Assembly (NCBI GenBank): GCA_030704615.1
Contig: CM060732.1
Span: 73,966,001 to 74,030,000 of the forward strand
Reading direction: 5' to 3'
DNA: 64,000 nt
Source of the DNA: Takakia lepidozioides
Taxonomy: Eukaryota; Plantae; Bryophyta
In this document: piece by piece, positions 1 through 14,800 of the stretch
Numbering within the stretch: position 1 is the first letter of the stretch
Layout of the letters: every line of letters begins with the position of its first letter
The notes under the pieces: generated by a model
Database searches by the model: none
The model's input: the letters and a program-made list of their open reading frames with translations, nothing else
Told to the model about the DNA's origin: nothing
Translations under genes and position numbers: made by a program

Positions 1-2670
1 CGGGGATTGTGCCAAAAGGGCAACATCATCAGCATAGAGGAGATCTGATTGGGTTGGTCCCCCATCCAATGGGACCCCAACCCCATGGTTTTTTGATATG
101 TAATTCTCCAAGGCGTCAATGTAGATCCCGAACAGGGTAGGTGAAAGGGGCCAGCCCTGTTTGACTCCAATGTTGCTGTGGATCTCGGCTGAGAATTCAC
201 CAGCGATGTTGACCATGCCAGTGACAATCTCATACATAGAAGAGATGGCACAAAGGATGTCTGGAGGGACTTCCACTCTATGGAGCCGTTGGAAGAGAAG
301 GTCCCGAGGAACTGAATCAAAGGCTTTGTGAAAGTCCACGAAGCAAACATAGACCATTCTTTTGTCATAGCGTGCACTTTCCACCATAACTTGAAGAGTG
401 AAGATGTGGTCAATAGTGGATCGGTTTCGACGGAAACCAGCCTGTCCCTCAGCACGAATGCGAGAGTACTCAGCCCAATCATCCAGTTCCATGGCCACTA
501 CTGCCCCAAACAGTTTAGCAAGTAATGAGGACACCATGATAGTACGATAGTTTGTCGGTGCGAGCCTGTCACCGCTCTTAAAAAGTGGGTGGATGATGCT
601 CTTTGTCCACTCTGTTGGAAAGCCCCGTTGCACCACCTCATTGAAGAGGTTAGCTATAAAAGGGGCTAAAGTAGGTGCAGCATGCTTGATGAATTCACTC
701 TGAAGTCCTGAAATGTCCACCGCTCTGCCATTTTGCAGCTTCTTGATTGCCTTACTGACATTGGCTGTAGTAAAGAGAGAGAAGTGAAGGGGTTTAGAGG
801 TTATAGGAGAAGGAGTTTGGGTTGGGGAATGGTACAAAGACTGTGCATACTCATGCCAGACATGAATGTCAGTGATTGGGGGGGGATCTCTATGAGGTTT
901 AAGGAGGGACCAAAAAGATCGAGGAGAAAATCTGATTTTAGCAAGGAAAGAAGATTGCAACTTGATAGTGTAGGCTTGCTTTTTGGATCTAATGAGGGAC
1001 TTATAGTGCTTAAGAGCAAGATTAGTGGACTCTGGAGAAGAATTGGTATCAAGTAGTAAAAATTTGATGCAACGTCTAGCAGTCTTGCATTCCTCATCAT
1101 AAAATGGTGCGTAACGACGAGTGGAGAAGGGTGAGGAGGTAGATGGAAGGGTGACGGGAAAGGATCGCAGGGCTGAGTCCCAAAGGGCTTGAGTAAGATG
1201 TGTAGCCTTGTCGTTAGGAGATGATAGATGTAGAATGGAAGGGAGGGTTGACGCAAGGTATGTTTCATACTCGGCGTCGTGTAAGTGAGAGAAAGGGGTA
1301 TTAAAGTGGATACGTGGGTGTAAGGGAAGAGACGCAGAGGGGATCCTCACGGGGAGGGAGATGGAAGGAAATGCAAAGGAAAGGCAAGAGTGATCAGAAT
1401 CCGGGTACCTCGTGATGTAAAAGGAGCTTATTCTATCCGGCTTGTTGGGGCTCCCCAAGAGATAGTCAACCACGCTTTGGCCCTTGTACGTGTGGCAAGT
1501 GAACTGGCTGGAGGATTTGAAGTTGGTTGTTCCATTGTAAATGGATAGCCCCTGAGTTTCACAAAACTTGAGTAGATGGTGACCGTAACTTGTGATTTCG
1601 CAAGAGGAATCTGCACTTTGCCTCTCCAATTCCGTATGCGAGCGTTGGATGTGTAGAGGATCTGTGTGGTCGAAGGTGGGGGCCTGTAGTGATCCTGTAC
1701 GGGCGTTGAAATCTCCAACCAAGAAAATGTCCGTTTGTGGGGTACGGAGACAGGCCATATCGTCTTCCAATGGAACATATGGTGAATCTGTTCGAATATG
1801 TAGGCCGCTGTGCGGAGATGTGGCCGGAGCAAAATAACATCCCGCCAGCAGGATGTTGTAGCCTTTGATGTGACACCAAATGTACCTTGCCAGTGGGTCT
1901 TTGTATGGGAAGGAGATAAGTGGGAGAAGCCAGTCAGCAAAGTAACAAGCCACACCTCCAGATCCTTTGAGACCTTTACGTGGACGAATCACTGACTGAA
2001 AGCTATGCCCGAGAATAAAGGGGGGGTCCTTTCCTTCATACGCATGAGTTTCCAAAAGAAAAAGAACATCACACTTGGAAAGAATATCTAGAAGCCCTTG
2101 AGGGTGGCTCCACAACGAGCCATTACAGTTCCATGAGCCAATGTGTAGATGTGAGCGTGCGTTGGTCTCATGGTGCCCCAACCCCTATTTAGAGCTAGAG
2201 GGGCGACGTTCGTGCTCCCGGACAATTACCCTCCCATCTCGGTACACGGCATAGTGCCCTTGAGCTCGAGCTTGCTTAACCTGCAACAGTTGCGCCCGCA
2301 TGGCGTTGTATTGCAAAGGGGTCAAGTCATCGTTGAGGTACATACCCTGACCTCTCAATTGAGGTCTCTGCCTGAGGACTCTATCCCGAGCGCCCTTGTC
2401 CTTGAATCTAATGAAGAGGACTTTGTGCTCTGAAGATCCTGCACGCCAAGCCCTTTCAATGCCACTCGCGCCCCGTGGGAGAGCAAGGTTTTGCTGAATA
2501 AGGCTGGTGGCAGCGTCAAGAGGGTCCCCCTCAGCAAGGGCCCCTAGCTTCCCAGTGACCCTGAGAGAAAGGAAAGAAACATACGGAAGAGACTTCATAA
2601 AATGGCCACAGGAAGCCTGAACAATCAACGGGTCAAAAGTCTGGGGGCTGAAGAGCCTATGGGACAAGAA
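1..2670 (-). mobile_element. LINE (non-LTR retrotransposon) with ORF1, APE endonuclease and RT; degenerate, antisense in a kinesin intron; 3' end outside the window
   Basis: Minus-strand motifs: RT DLLYADDVALL (~15-45), GVKQGWPLSPTLFGIYID (~115-170), CFVDFHKAFDS (~315-350). APE motifs GSWNCNG (~2120-2140), LETH (~2045), IFLVGDFNART (~1700-1730), SVVDY (~1465) and SDH (~1395). ORF1 at 2185-2667. Frameshifts and stops split ORF2. Confidence 0.92.
2185..2667 (-). CDS. LINE ORF1-like protein; true start uncertain
   Basis: IERAWRAG...VLFIRFKD...RDRVLRQRPQLRGQGMYLNDDLT resembles the RRM-like/Transposase_22-type ORF1 of CR1/L2/L1 elements. It lies directly upstream of the APE domain. Confidence 0.7.
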   Translation of the reverse strand: MSHRLFSPQTFDPLIVQASCGHFMKSLPYVSFLSLRVTGKLGALAEGDPLDAATSLIQQNLALPRGASGIERAWRAGSSEHKVLFIRFKDKGARDRVLRQRPQLRGQGMYLNDDLTPLQYNAMRAQLLQVKQARAQGHYAVYRDGRVIVREHERRPSSSK

Positions 2671-2854
2671 TGCATATCAAATGTAGAAACAAGTTCTCTA
2701 CTAGGCTAGTTGGCTACTTGGTGAAGGTATAAAGTATTTCTGATCTTGTATATAAATGCTTGTTCAAAAGTCTGAGTGTGTCTGCAAGAGACTTTTGGAA
2801 ATGCTTCCATCCATGTCTAATGCATTTCACATGGACTTTTTGTGTTGGTCACAG

Positions 2855-5800
2855 ATAATGACAGATGCTGCCTTGCTGAAGCGCCAAAAGAGGGAGATAG
2901 AAGAGCTACGTAGCAAGTTAAAGGTAATGTGTGAACATATCAGTGTATTAATATTGTTCATAAATGAATGGCTCCAGTAGATGTAGGTTGGATACATTAT
3001 TTCCTTAGTTGATTTTTCTGTGTCTTTTGTCTTGCCTCCCCCTCCCCCAGCTGCTGAAAGCATGTCGGGAATCAAACCAGGCATGCAGTGGACAATGCTG
3101 TGCTTCTTTTTTTTACCCCTCAATATATTCCGGGACTTTTCTGAGTGTGCATAGCATGCAGGGGTTCTGCACTGTTCGGCAGCAGCAGTGGAGGTCTAGC
3201 TGATCTCCTTAGTTTGATACACTTCAATCGATACTTCTCGTACTGTAATGATATAAATGGGGTCTCAGACTGCCATCTAGTTTATTGCCTTGGTGCTCAC
3301 TTGAATGATTGCACCGTTCACAGGGGTCACACTCAGAACATTGGGAGGAGGAGATTCTTAACTTACGGAATGCATTGCTAAAGGTACGTGACAAACAAGT
3401 GACTGGGTCCTCCATGAAGTTTCCATCTTCTGTCAAAAGGGGTAGAAGAATGGTCCGTTGAACCATCCTTGCCTGGGATTCAAAACAAACCTTCAGGATA
3501 TATCTGCAGAGTTTGTGCAAGCTATGAAATTCTCTGTAATTGCTAATGCTTGGATGTCTGGTGCTCTTGTTGCCAGACTGAATTGGAGAGAGAGCGAATG
3601 GCCTTAGAGCTGCAAGAGGAGAAGAAGGCACAAGCAGAGCGGGAGCGCCGGTTAAAGGAGCAGGCACAAAGAATTCAGAATCTCAGTACCATGGTTATTA
3701 ATTCTGCTGTGGATGACCGTGACTTTGAGAAGCGCAACAAAAAGGTTAATCTCTCTGATCAACTTATCAATCATTAATGGCCTCATTATGCTCCCTTGTT
3801 TCCGACCAATTGACCACTAACTGCCGGGTTCGCAGTTCTTTCCAAATTCAGTATTCCTGTCATAAAGACCAGCTACACCTTTGTTTTGACTTCAAATATG
3901 TGCTTATTCATGTGAGAGCTTGTTCTAGTCTGTCATTTGTTCATTCCCAGCTTGCACCAAGTGCAACCAGGTAATTGAAACTGAAAAACACTTCTTTTAT
4001 TGCCCTCTGTATTATGAGATCCGTGGGAGATTCCACTGTCTATTCTGTGGGACTCAATCTCTCACTGAAGTCTTCCATTATGAGGATAAGAAATGCTTGG
4101 CAGCTTACCTGCACGAAGCCTTGACCCTTAGGCAATCCCTTTGGTTTTGTCTCGTCTCTTCATTTCATTTCATTTCCCATAAGCTCTTTGAGCTTTCCGT
4201 GGACGTTATAAAGTACCATTTCATTTCATTTCATTTGTCAGGTATTTGCAAGCTTTGAAGCTGTTATGCATACCTTTGACTGCTATGTCTCTTGCAGGGA
4301 AATCGCCGTGAAACGTGGTGTCCAAGAATTCCTCTCTTGGAGCTAGATATTGAGGTTGGAGCACTCATTTTCTGCAGATGCATTTGTGGAATTTGTGGGT
4401 TTCGGTGTGACAATTCCCTTAGTTTCTTCCTCTGTAGGGCTTTTGCATATAAGCAACTGTGTAGGCTCACGGAGGGGTGCCCTTAAAATAGTACAGTCCC
4501 ATACGAAAGGCTGTTATCTACTTGGAAAAATGGTGGCAGTGTTTTGTGTGTTCCATTCCCCTTGTATTCCATCCATCTGGTTCTCTGGTGACTCATCCTA
4601 AACTAACTGTGCTTCTAGACTTGCAGATATCTATGTATTTTTGCAGTTTTTATAATGACAACCCTCACAAAGTATTTGTTTGCCATTCAAAACTGTATGA
4701 ATGCAGCAACAGGATCTGAAAAGGTCTTTTACAAAGGCCACTGCACGAGGCCCTCTTCATGAGTTGGCACTGCCATCAAGGAGGGAGAGAATGCAAGGTT
4801 TGCCCCCCCCTTTTGAGAAGCTTTGTGAGGAGGAAGACACTACAGCTTTTGAAGGCTTCAAGGTGGCAGAGGGAAATTCAGCAGCTGGAAGCCCATCTGA
4901 AAGTGGTAGCTTTGGTTTAGGCAGTTTCTACCTGGATCCAAGCTCCCGTATTCATGTAGCCAAGAGAAAGAGAAGATCAACAGAAGAGACAATGCCGACT
5001 GAGGTGATGAGTTGAACTGGCCATAAACATTGAAGGAAGCTCTGTCAATTGGACACAGTTATTGTGGATCTAGTCCTCCAGGCCTCAGAAAGATCTTCTC
5101 CTATGTTTGTTGCTGGCAAGGGGTTGCTGTGCTAGGGGGTGTTATTGCCGGGTTAAAGAATATTTTCTGTGGACTCGATAAAATTGAGCTCGCCAAATGA
5201 CTGACATAAATTTGTGGGTAATGATGATGCAGCTCAAGCAGCAGCTCAGTGACTTGCAAGAAAACTATGAGGACCTGCAGTATGAACATGAGCTTAAGGT
5301 CAGTGCTCTTTCCTTTATTGCATGTACTTATTAGTCTGCTATGACTATTGAAGCTGTTGTATTCCAGTTCTTCCCTTTTGTTGGCATTTTTGTTGTCTAA
5401 GCGTAGCTTTGCTCTGACACTATTGGCTTGTAGATGAGAGAGAAGATGATTGAAATGGAGGAACTGAAGAATGAGCTGGCCTATGCTCAAGCCGCTGTAA
5501 GCAAGTCGCGGAAATTGGATGATAACTATCAGAATTGTCAAGAGGTGGGGAAGAAAGGCAAAAGTTTGGATCTGTGGGGTACCGAACCTTGTGCTGGTAG
5601 TATCAAACATCTGAGGACGCAGGTACCCTTTTGAGCAGTGTTGCTTGCAGAAATAGCAAGTCGGGCAATGGCCTATGCCTCAATCTTTTTTAAATGGTAG
5701 GTTTTCCTTAGAAATTTGGAAGGTGCAATACACTAGTTGGCAGTGAGATCCAAGGTGTTGAAGTACAATTGTGGGATGGATATTGCTTTTCTTTGTATTT

Positions 5801-8800
5801 TGGAGGCTGACTACTGTGGAATTTCTCTGCTTGGGTTTAAGCCAGAGCTTCAAAGGACACTGTCTTTAAGAGAGCCTTGAGGAAAAGTAGAGGTCCAAAG
5901 TGAGAGCAAATTGACAGTTTCTCCCTTATTTGCTAGAAAGCCCTTAGAGAAATCCTCTGTCCAGGTGCACAATCTGGAGCTGGAGAAAACTTACATGCAG
6001 CGGGAGTTGGATAGTCTCATGGAGCAGGCTCAGGACCAGTCATCTACTGCTAAGGAAAACTTAGAGAAGGTATGACATATCCAGTTACACTGACCACTAA
6101 GACGTTGGTTGAAGGACTTTTGGGAGTTCTTGTCGGCTTACAATGACGTCGTGTCTGGTTCACCAGGCAAATCAAGAGCTCTGCAATGCAAGGAAGGATG
6201 CCAGAGAAGTGGAGCTACAGCTGGCTGTGGCTCTTCAACACATTCAACAGCTGGAGAAGGAGAAGAAGGCTGAACTAGAGCTGCAAACACAACTCGCTAT
6301 CGCATTGGGCGAACTGAAGAGCGAAGTGGAGGCTACCAAGTCCACTACAGATGGTTTCAATGCAGTTGCGATTGAAAGTAGTCAAGCCCTGGACCTTCAT
6401 GCGAGAAACTTTCAGGTAGACCCTTCATACCTCTTGATGGGTGTCTTGCCCTTCATGGATTGTGGTATTTATTTGCTGTTGTAAGATGAGATAATAAGAT
6501 TTGTATGTCTTTGAGAAAGTGCAGGTGCTCAAGCAAACCCTTCAAAGAGATGTGGAAGAGAAGGCTAGCCTTGTGCAACATGGGGAGGCAATGCAGGTAG
6601 CCATTCAGGTGCTGGAGGGAGAGAGAGATGCGTTGATGGAAACAACCAAGCAAGCACAAGCAGACATGGATCGCCTTCAAGGAAAGCGCAGACAAGAACT
6701 TAAAGAAGCTCAAACAAAGCTAGAGTTGGCACTGTCTGAAAATCAAATAGCTGCTGAGCGCCTGGGTGCACTGCATTCCCTGCTGTCTCAAAAAGATGAA
6801 GAACAGCAGGCACTTCAACAGAAAATTCAGAATCTCGAAGCAGGGTCAGCAAGGGATCTTGGTGGGGCTGCAAGTGCTCTGTGTATGGTGAATCAAGAGA
6901 AGGAAACTGCAATCTTGAAGTTAAGAGAGGCGACCGATGAGCTAGAATTGCAGAGCACTCAATTGACGAACCTCAAACAGGAACATGCTGCACTAGTATG
7001 TGAACTTTTGACCTTGAGCCTTTGTCATTAGCTTGTTGGTATGTGAGGCGTTCCACTCGGTTATAGCTTGGCAGTTTTCCTCCTTGTTCTCTTGTTTCCT
7101 CTCTTTATCTTTTTCTTGTCCTGCTATTTATCTGCTTCGGCAAACAACAGCTTATGATTATATTCTTATCCTGCTATCTCAGGCTGAGAAGTTTCATGAT
7201 TGCAAAGATGCATGGAAAGCTACTGAAGCATCAGCAAAAGAGTTGGAAGGGCAAAAGGAAGTGTTGGTGCACGTGAGTTCCATTCATTCCACCATTGTTT
7301 ATGTTGTAGTTTCATTCTGTTTGTCCTCGTAATTTGGCTGCTTAAAACCACAATTAGCTCATATCATGGCATTTCCAACTGCCAGTTATGAATTTTTAAT
7401 CTGGTACTTTAAGAGAGACCCAGTAAGTGGTTTTTGGCACAGGTTCCCCCCAATGCACATCTTAGATTGTAACTATTCTCCTACAGTGGTGCATGGTGCG
7501 TGTCAAACCCACTTTTTGTAAATACAATGTAGCATAGTATGTTATTATCTGGATGTAATATCAAGGGAACCCACTCCCTGAATTCAAAAAGCACTGTAGA
7601 TGAACATGACATTTTGCACTGATGGTTGAGCATGGTATCTTGTCTTTGAGATGGTGGGCGTTGGTATCATGTTTGGTATGAACAGCAATTGACAGAATCA
7701 CACCTTGAGATGGAGGAATTGAAGGCTGCAATAGCTGCCCACGCAGAGGATCACAGCTTGGAATGTAGTTCTGTTGTCCAGGAGATTTCTTTTCTCAGGG
7801 AGCAGCAGCAGCATAAGGTGGGAAAGATTGATTGCCTCAAATATCCAAATCGTGTTGTTCAGCTTTATGAGCTGCAGAGTGATGTGATCTCAAGAAATGT
7901 CGTTGAAGTAAGCTGGAGTAAGCTTGGGAAGATCTTGTACATTTTTCATGTCTCCAATAGGTCAAAAAAACCAAAAGAGTCATTACAGTCAGTTATAGAG
8001 ACATTTTCTGTACTATCTTGGTCTACAGTCCTTTCAAATGTGCACCTTGCCTTTCGGTGGGGTGTTTCCTCCAACAGAATTTCAAGAAGCTTATAGTGGG
8101 TCTTTGCAGCTTGGTATACAATGGAACCAGCAGCCATGACCTTGGCATCCATTTGAATTTGTTTCTAACAAGGTGTTGATATGGTATGGTTGGTTTTCAT
8201 GGGAATCAATTTCTATGGCAATTTAGTAGGACATAGGCTTTTTTTCCTTCTACAGTTGTGGACAATGGCATGAACTGCAGATTGAGAAGCTCCAGGCTTG
8301 TGATGCTGCCCTTCAAAGTGCTGAAGCATCGGCAATAGAGGCTGCCAAAGAGAAGGAGGAGCTAGCACAGGTTAGTCTTGCTCTAAAAATGGCTCCCATT
8401 GCTGCCACTATCTCTTGGTTGGGTCTTGAACTGCCATAAGCATGTTGACATTTTGTGACCTGTGATTCCAAGTACACAGCGCACTTGGTATCAAGCTATT
8501 GTGGCTTGGGGTTAAGGAAATGACGATATAAACATTCAACAGACTGCAGTAGTGAGAAACAGAATAGTGTTATTGCTGCTTATGTGGGAGGCTTTGTGGG
8601 ATGGCAGAAGCTCATAGCTGTAGAAGCAGAAATGGAGGATGCAAAAGCAGGCTGGGCTCGGCTAGCAGATCGTTGCAGCGCAAACTTGGAGGCACTTAGC
8701 CTAGAGAAGGATGCTCTTGTTGAAGAGCGGAATGAATTGAAAGCAGCTCTTGATTTGGTTGAGAAAGAAAGAGACAGTTTGAAGGAACTGAGTGATCAAT

Positions 8801-11800
8801 CTCAAGAAAAGTTGAAGGTGCTTGAGACAAAGGTGGAGTTGCAGAGGCAAGAAATCAAGTCAGTGGGAACAGTGTTGGGGATTGAGAACTCTGAGAAGGC
8901 TGAAGCTGGAGAACTACTGAGAGAGTTGCAAGCACTTTTGTCTCAGAGGGTTGGAGAAGTGCAGTCTCTTCAGAAGAAGATTGTCGATGCAGAAGCAGGG
9001 GCAGCTGTGGCAAAAGAAGCTCTTGAGAAGAGAGTTAGTGAGCTTGACATGAAGCTGGAGCTGTTAAGCGCTGGTAGTGCCAACGCTAGAGAGCATATGA
9101 TGAATGTGGAGAAGGACAGAGACACCTTATTGAAAGAACTGGAGAAAAAGTTGTACACTGCGAACACTGAGATTGCAGAGACAGGAAAGCAGTTAAAAGA
9201 GGCCCATTCCTGTTTGTCAGCAAACTTCCAAGAGCAACAAATCTTGCAAGAGAAGCTTACGGAGCTCAACGCTGAAAAGGTTTGGCTCTTGCTTGTTTGA
9301 TTTGTCCTGTTCTGTGAGTAATCTGCAAGTGTGTCAGCTGTAAAGAGCACCTATTTGACCCTTGGAACCTATGATAGGTTCATAGCATTCTTCCAGAGCT
9401 CTTATTTCTCTTGTACTTCTTGTAGAGTAGACTGCATTTCAAGTGTGGGCAATATGTTGTTAGTGTTTATAGAGATATACATTGATTCTAATGATGTTGA
9501 CATACTATGCTATCCCAAGCAGTCTAAGATGGAAAGGAGTTTGGGGGAGAGAGAAGGACAACTGGCAACACTAAGGGAAGCCTCAGCAGAGGCAATCAAC
9601 AAACTGGAGGTAAGGGTTCTCTTGGAAGTTCTTCTCATTACATGAGTTAGGCTCATTTTATGTGGGTTGGTGTTAGACCTTTATCTGAGCAAGTTTACTG
9701 AAAGCCAAACACAATATGATAACGCATATCAATAAAGAACTGACCATGACTGTGTAGATTTTTTGGATGTGATGAAGCTTATTCAACTTTCTTCAGCCCA
9801 TTTGAAATGAACACTTTGTCTCATCTTTGTTTTGAACATGCACAGAACCAGTGGAGATTTCAGTTCTATGTTTGTACCCTAGGCACGTACTGAGATCTAA
9901 CTCGTAACAGCAAGACTACCAAGAGGTCAGCTGTAGAATTTTACTCTGGACTTGAGAAATCCAGTTTTTGGAAGATGGTTTCCCCTTCTGGAAACTTCTT
10001 TGAAAACATGCTGAAAGAGATGACTCAGTGTAGTGGAGCTGTTGGTTTGCCTGCTCCCATTTTGAGGTGTAGATGACAACAATGGCATTGCGTAAGGATC
10101 TCGTTGCTGCAAAGGCAGCCCCTGCTGCTTTGGAGAAGGAACGCGACAGTATTCGGAAAGAGCTTGAGAAGTTGAAGGCAAAGATGAAAGACACTGAGGC
10201 TAAAGTGAAGTCAATCCTTCAGGAAAAGAGCAAGATTGAGGTACCCTTGAGAATGGATTCCTGTAGCTATTTCTGATCTTAGACACAACTTCCACTGCAT
10301 GGTATGTCTACAGTCTCCATCGGTACTGCTGCACAACCTGTGAGGCTTGGTCAACAAGAGCAGTGGACTAAGTCCGTTGACCTCAAGGAGATTTTCATTT
10401 TTGGTATTGGTTAACTTACCTTCATCATCAGGCAGGATTCCTGTAATTTGACCTGAGATTTACAAATAACGAAATTCTTACAGTCATTAAATAGTGGTTG
10501 CATTTTCCTGTGACTGCAGGCTGAGAAAGCGAACATGGAGAGAGAATTGAAGCAGCTCCGCCAGAGTACAGTGCTGCTCAATAAGCGTGAATCAATTGTT
10601 GACAAACGTCGTGAGTCAATTGCCACAGGCCTCAACAAAACAAAGATGCAGCTCTCATCCACGGAGCATCAACTACAGATGAGAACTGCAGAACTGGAGA
10701 GGACTGTGTTTGATTTGCAGCTTCTCCAGGTAAGGACTCTGTACTTATATTTCTGCAAATGATTCACTACAGCAGAAATACAGTCTCCAGCCGTACAAGC
10801 CAGTGATGCTGTAGCCAAGGATCCCGTGTGGGCAAGAAATTTATCACAACATCTCTTATTGTTACTGGGGGCATCTCAGATCTCAGATCCTTCAGAATGG
10901 CGTCCATGCTTTTCACTCTTTCATCTCTGATATGAGTGAGTCTTACATGGAAGTGAACTTATAAAACAGTATGTGTTGCAGGATTCATTTGCAAAGCTCG
11001 AGTTTGCAATGTCTGAGACTGAGAGCGCATCTACAACTCTAAAAGAGAAACATGCTGAGGCTGAAAGCACAATTGCTGTGCTGAGTCAAGAAAAAGCATC
11101 TTTGACTTGTAGCATGGTGAAGATCTCTGATGAACTAGAAGCGGCTTTGGAGCAGCAGAGGACAACCAGCTCTCAACTTGAGGCTCTTCAAGAAGAACAC
11201 ACCTCACTGGTATGAATGCCAGACCAACACCCTAGCTGTAATCATCACCCTTACTACTCTAAAAGTGAACTGAAGCTACTCCAGGAGAGCTGACATTCCT
11301 GTTTTATGGTTAAGCGGGGCAGAATGGTGCTCAGGAGGACAGAACACCATATTTTAGAGGTCCAGTTGTATGCCAGCTTACTCAACGTGTTGTGGTAATA
11401 TCCATGGATGTCTACAACATACACCTTGCAAGATTCAGATAGATTTTGTGGTTGCTCTGACTGAGTTATTTTCTGCAGCTCTTCTATACCAATCAGTTCC
11501 TCATACTTGTGACATATGTTTCTTTCCACACAGGTGCAGATGCTCCAGTCGTGTGAAGCTTCCTGTAAAGCTGCTGAATTATTGGCGAATCAGATTGCAA
11601 GGGAGAGAGATAACTTTGCACAAGTGGGTGGCGACTCTATCACTCAACTAGCAGAGTCTCCACTGTATTCCACAAATATTTGCACTAGAGAAGTGTGTTT
11701 ACTTGACCTAGAAGTCAATTCTTATAAGGGGGAAATGAAGTTAGGCATAAAACTTCTCTGAACTTGTTTCCAGTTTGTAATGCGGGTGAGGAGGACCTTA

Positions 11801-14800
11801 AGGATGATCTGAATGGCCTACCTACCCTCAACGTCTTATGAGCACATTTTTATTAGGGGAAAGGTTGACAAATACTCTCCATTGTTGATGCCCAGATGTA
11901 CTCACCCGACACGATACAAGATTTGCTGTGGTTTGCATGTGCAGCAACTCACAGATGCACAGTTTGAGTTAGAGGAGGAGAAAGCAGCTTGTGCTACACA
12001 GACAGATGATCATGATGCAAAGTGCCATAAACTATGCAAAGAAATAGCTAACCTCACTCATCAGGTTCAGCAGGTGCGGTGCCTCTCACAATATTTCAAC
12101 ACCGGACCTGTAGGTAGGAAAAATGACATTACTGCCAATAAGCAGGCTTAACATAAGTTGAATGGTTTGCTAGAGCTGCCTCTGCTGGTTGGCTCATGTT
12201 GTTGTCGTTGGTTTAGTTAACCCACAGCTCTGGTGATGATGAAATTAATTCCAATGCATGTATGTCCACGATCAGGCTACCTCTGTCATCCTGCTCTCAT
12301 GTATTGCACACGAAAACAGAAGTCCATGACATATATTGACGCAGCTCTGGGGTTGAATCAGCTCCAGAAAGTGCAAGAGGAAGCAGTGACTGCAAGGGAT
12401 GCGCTTGAAGGACAAGTCTGCCAACTGGAGCAAGCTCTTCAGGATAGAAAAGAACAATCTCTTCTTCATGAGGAGCAGGTCTGTACTTTCTGTCATCACC
12501 TAGTTTTCAAAGCCTTCGAAGCAGGCCTAAAGAAACTATTGTTGAGTTCTGAGTTTTTTTGGAGGAGCCTCAGGTAAGAACTATAGTATGACCACAAGGC
12601 TACAGCAGAAAACTTCTCAGCAGTACATTCTCTTTCCTCTTTCCCCTTCGGCTCTTTGCGGTCCCACAGACGTTTTCACCTCTTTCAGAGTTGAATGGTG
12701 AGCTGTACTTTTAGGGTTCCACGAGCTGGTTGTTGAGGGCCCCACTTTCCTGTCATGAGTTCTTTCCCTCTTTCTTTGTTCAATAAGGTCATTGAGTTTT
12801 CTTTGGATCCTATATTATTTCTCTCTTTCTGCCTACCTGCACAAGGCCTTCACCCTTAGACAATCCCTCAAGCAGTAGTTTTGGCTCTGGTTTTGTTTCC
12901 TCTCTCATGCTCTTTTCCATTTTGTCCCATAAGCTCTTTGAGCTTTCCGCGGACGTTATAAAGTACCATTTCCTTTCATCTCAAAGAAAGGTCACTCTTC
13001 TGAACCAAGTCTAAATGATGGTGTCACTTCCCCCCAATAGAGGCTACTGCCTTCCGTTGGGAAGGTGGACACCTTCTAATGGCCATAACCAAGGCAACAA
13101 GGTTGCCCAAACTTCCCCCAAAGGCTGGAAATCCCCCATGTAGCACATTAGGTGACCGGCTTGCAGTGACCACCCTATTACCTCGAAGCTGCATGTGGAA
13201 CTGCAGCTTGTCTTTGTTGACATTATGTTTGTGGAGGTTGTACTGATTATGCATGACAAGGCGGACTATCAGGCACGACTTCTGTGCTAAAAACAGGCTT
13301 GAAGATTCAAAAGTTGAAGACCTGCTGTAGTTGTATTTCTTCGCTTTCAGGGTCAAGCCAGCACTAAAGCCCTCCAAATATATAACAATTTGCCAAAATT
13401 ATCAACCATGAACCTGGACCCTAAACTTGTTGCTCACCAGTTGTGAAAAGCCAAAACCAGTACTAATACTTGTCTGTTGTAGGTTGAGCATTTAACTGCA
13501 AAGCTTGAGGAAAAAGTCACGCTTGCCAAAGAGCACTCCACAATGCTGGAGGAGCAGGTTGCTCTTGAAAAGGAGAACTCTAAAAAGCTCCAGGAGCAAA
13601 TTGAACTGGCTGCAACCAGCATTAGAGAAGAAATGGAGGCCAGGTATGTTCCTTGACAAAATAAGAGACGGAGGGAGAGACACTTAAATGCCAATGTTTG
13701 CCAAGGGAGCTTGGGTTTGCTTAGGAACACTAGCAAGCAAGATAAAGTTGTCAACTCTTAAATGAATGTAGCAGCTGTTCCTCTCAGTTACAGAAGATTA
13801 TGACATTGTGGGTGTTTATTGCAGGTTTATTTTGAAGTTTGTGGGGATGTTATGTAAGAACATGTGAGATACATAAAAGGCCTGCTTGTCCATACTGGAG
13901 TGCTTTCCTTTCTATCCACTAGGCTGAGTCTTTAGGACGGATGAGCAGCAATAGAGGCAGCTGAGTGTTTGTGGTCACACCCTTTTCTGTGATCCATGTT
14001 TTTATTGAAGCCCAGAGTGGTGTGATATCTGTAGAATGAAGCTGTTAGATGAGTCACAGCAACTGGAACAGAGGCTCCAGGAGAGTGAGGTCAAACTTGC
14101 AGGGGGCCCCACTGCTGAACACATGCTGGCACTGGTTTGTTTTCCAAAGTTCCACCCTCAAATCTTTGTTTGATGTGAAATGCCACTTTTCTATAGATTA
14201 TTTAACTGGTGTGATCTCTGCTTTTTTCCTGCTCTGATTTTTGCATCAGTATTTTGGAGGCTTTGCTTTTCACACCCCCTTCATCATTCATGTACACATG
14301 AATTCAATGATTCCATGTCTTACAGGACACAAAGCTACGAGAACTCGAGGATCATGCTTTCAAACTGGAAGCGGAGTGCAGCACTGAGAGGGAATCAGCT
14401 TGCCTGGCAAGAAATGAGGCATGCTGTCTTGACCACATACTTGCACTCTAGATCAGCTATATATGACGGAGGATATGAGTAATCTCGAAGATTTCATGTT
14501 GAATCTTTAGTCAGTATAATAGGCCAATACTGATGCATGTTTTTTCCTTTCAAGGTACTTTCCTTGCCAGCCATCACTCTCTGCGTAATAAGTCCCGGTG
14601 ATGAGTGGGCAATGCAGTGAGCTCCCTAACTTGAAATGTGGTGCTGACTGTAGCCTTCCCCAGTGGCTTGTATATCATTTTGTGACTCTCAGCTTTTCTG
14701 GTTGTCAATGTCACTCAGCTCGTGTTTGTGACACTAGGCTTTGTTTGCAAATCTCGTTGCCCATAACCTTGCTGGACTAGGTGGAGGCAGGTCGCAATGA

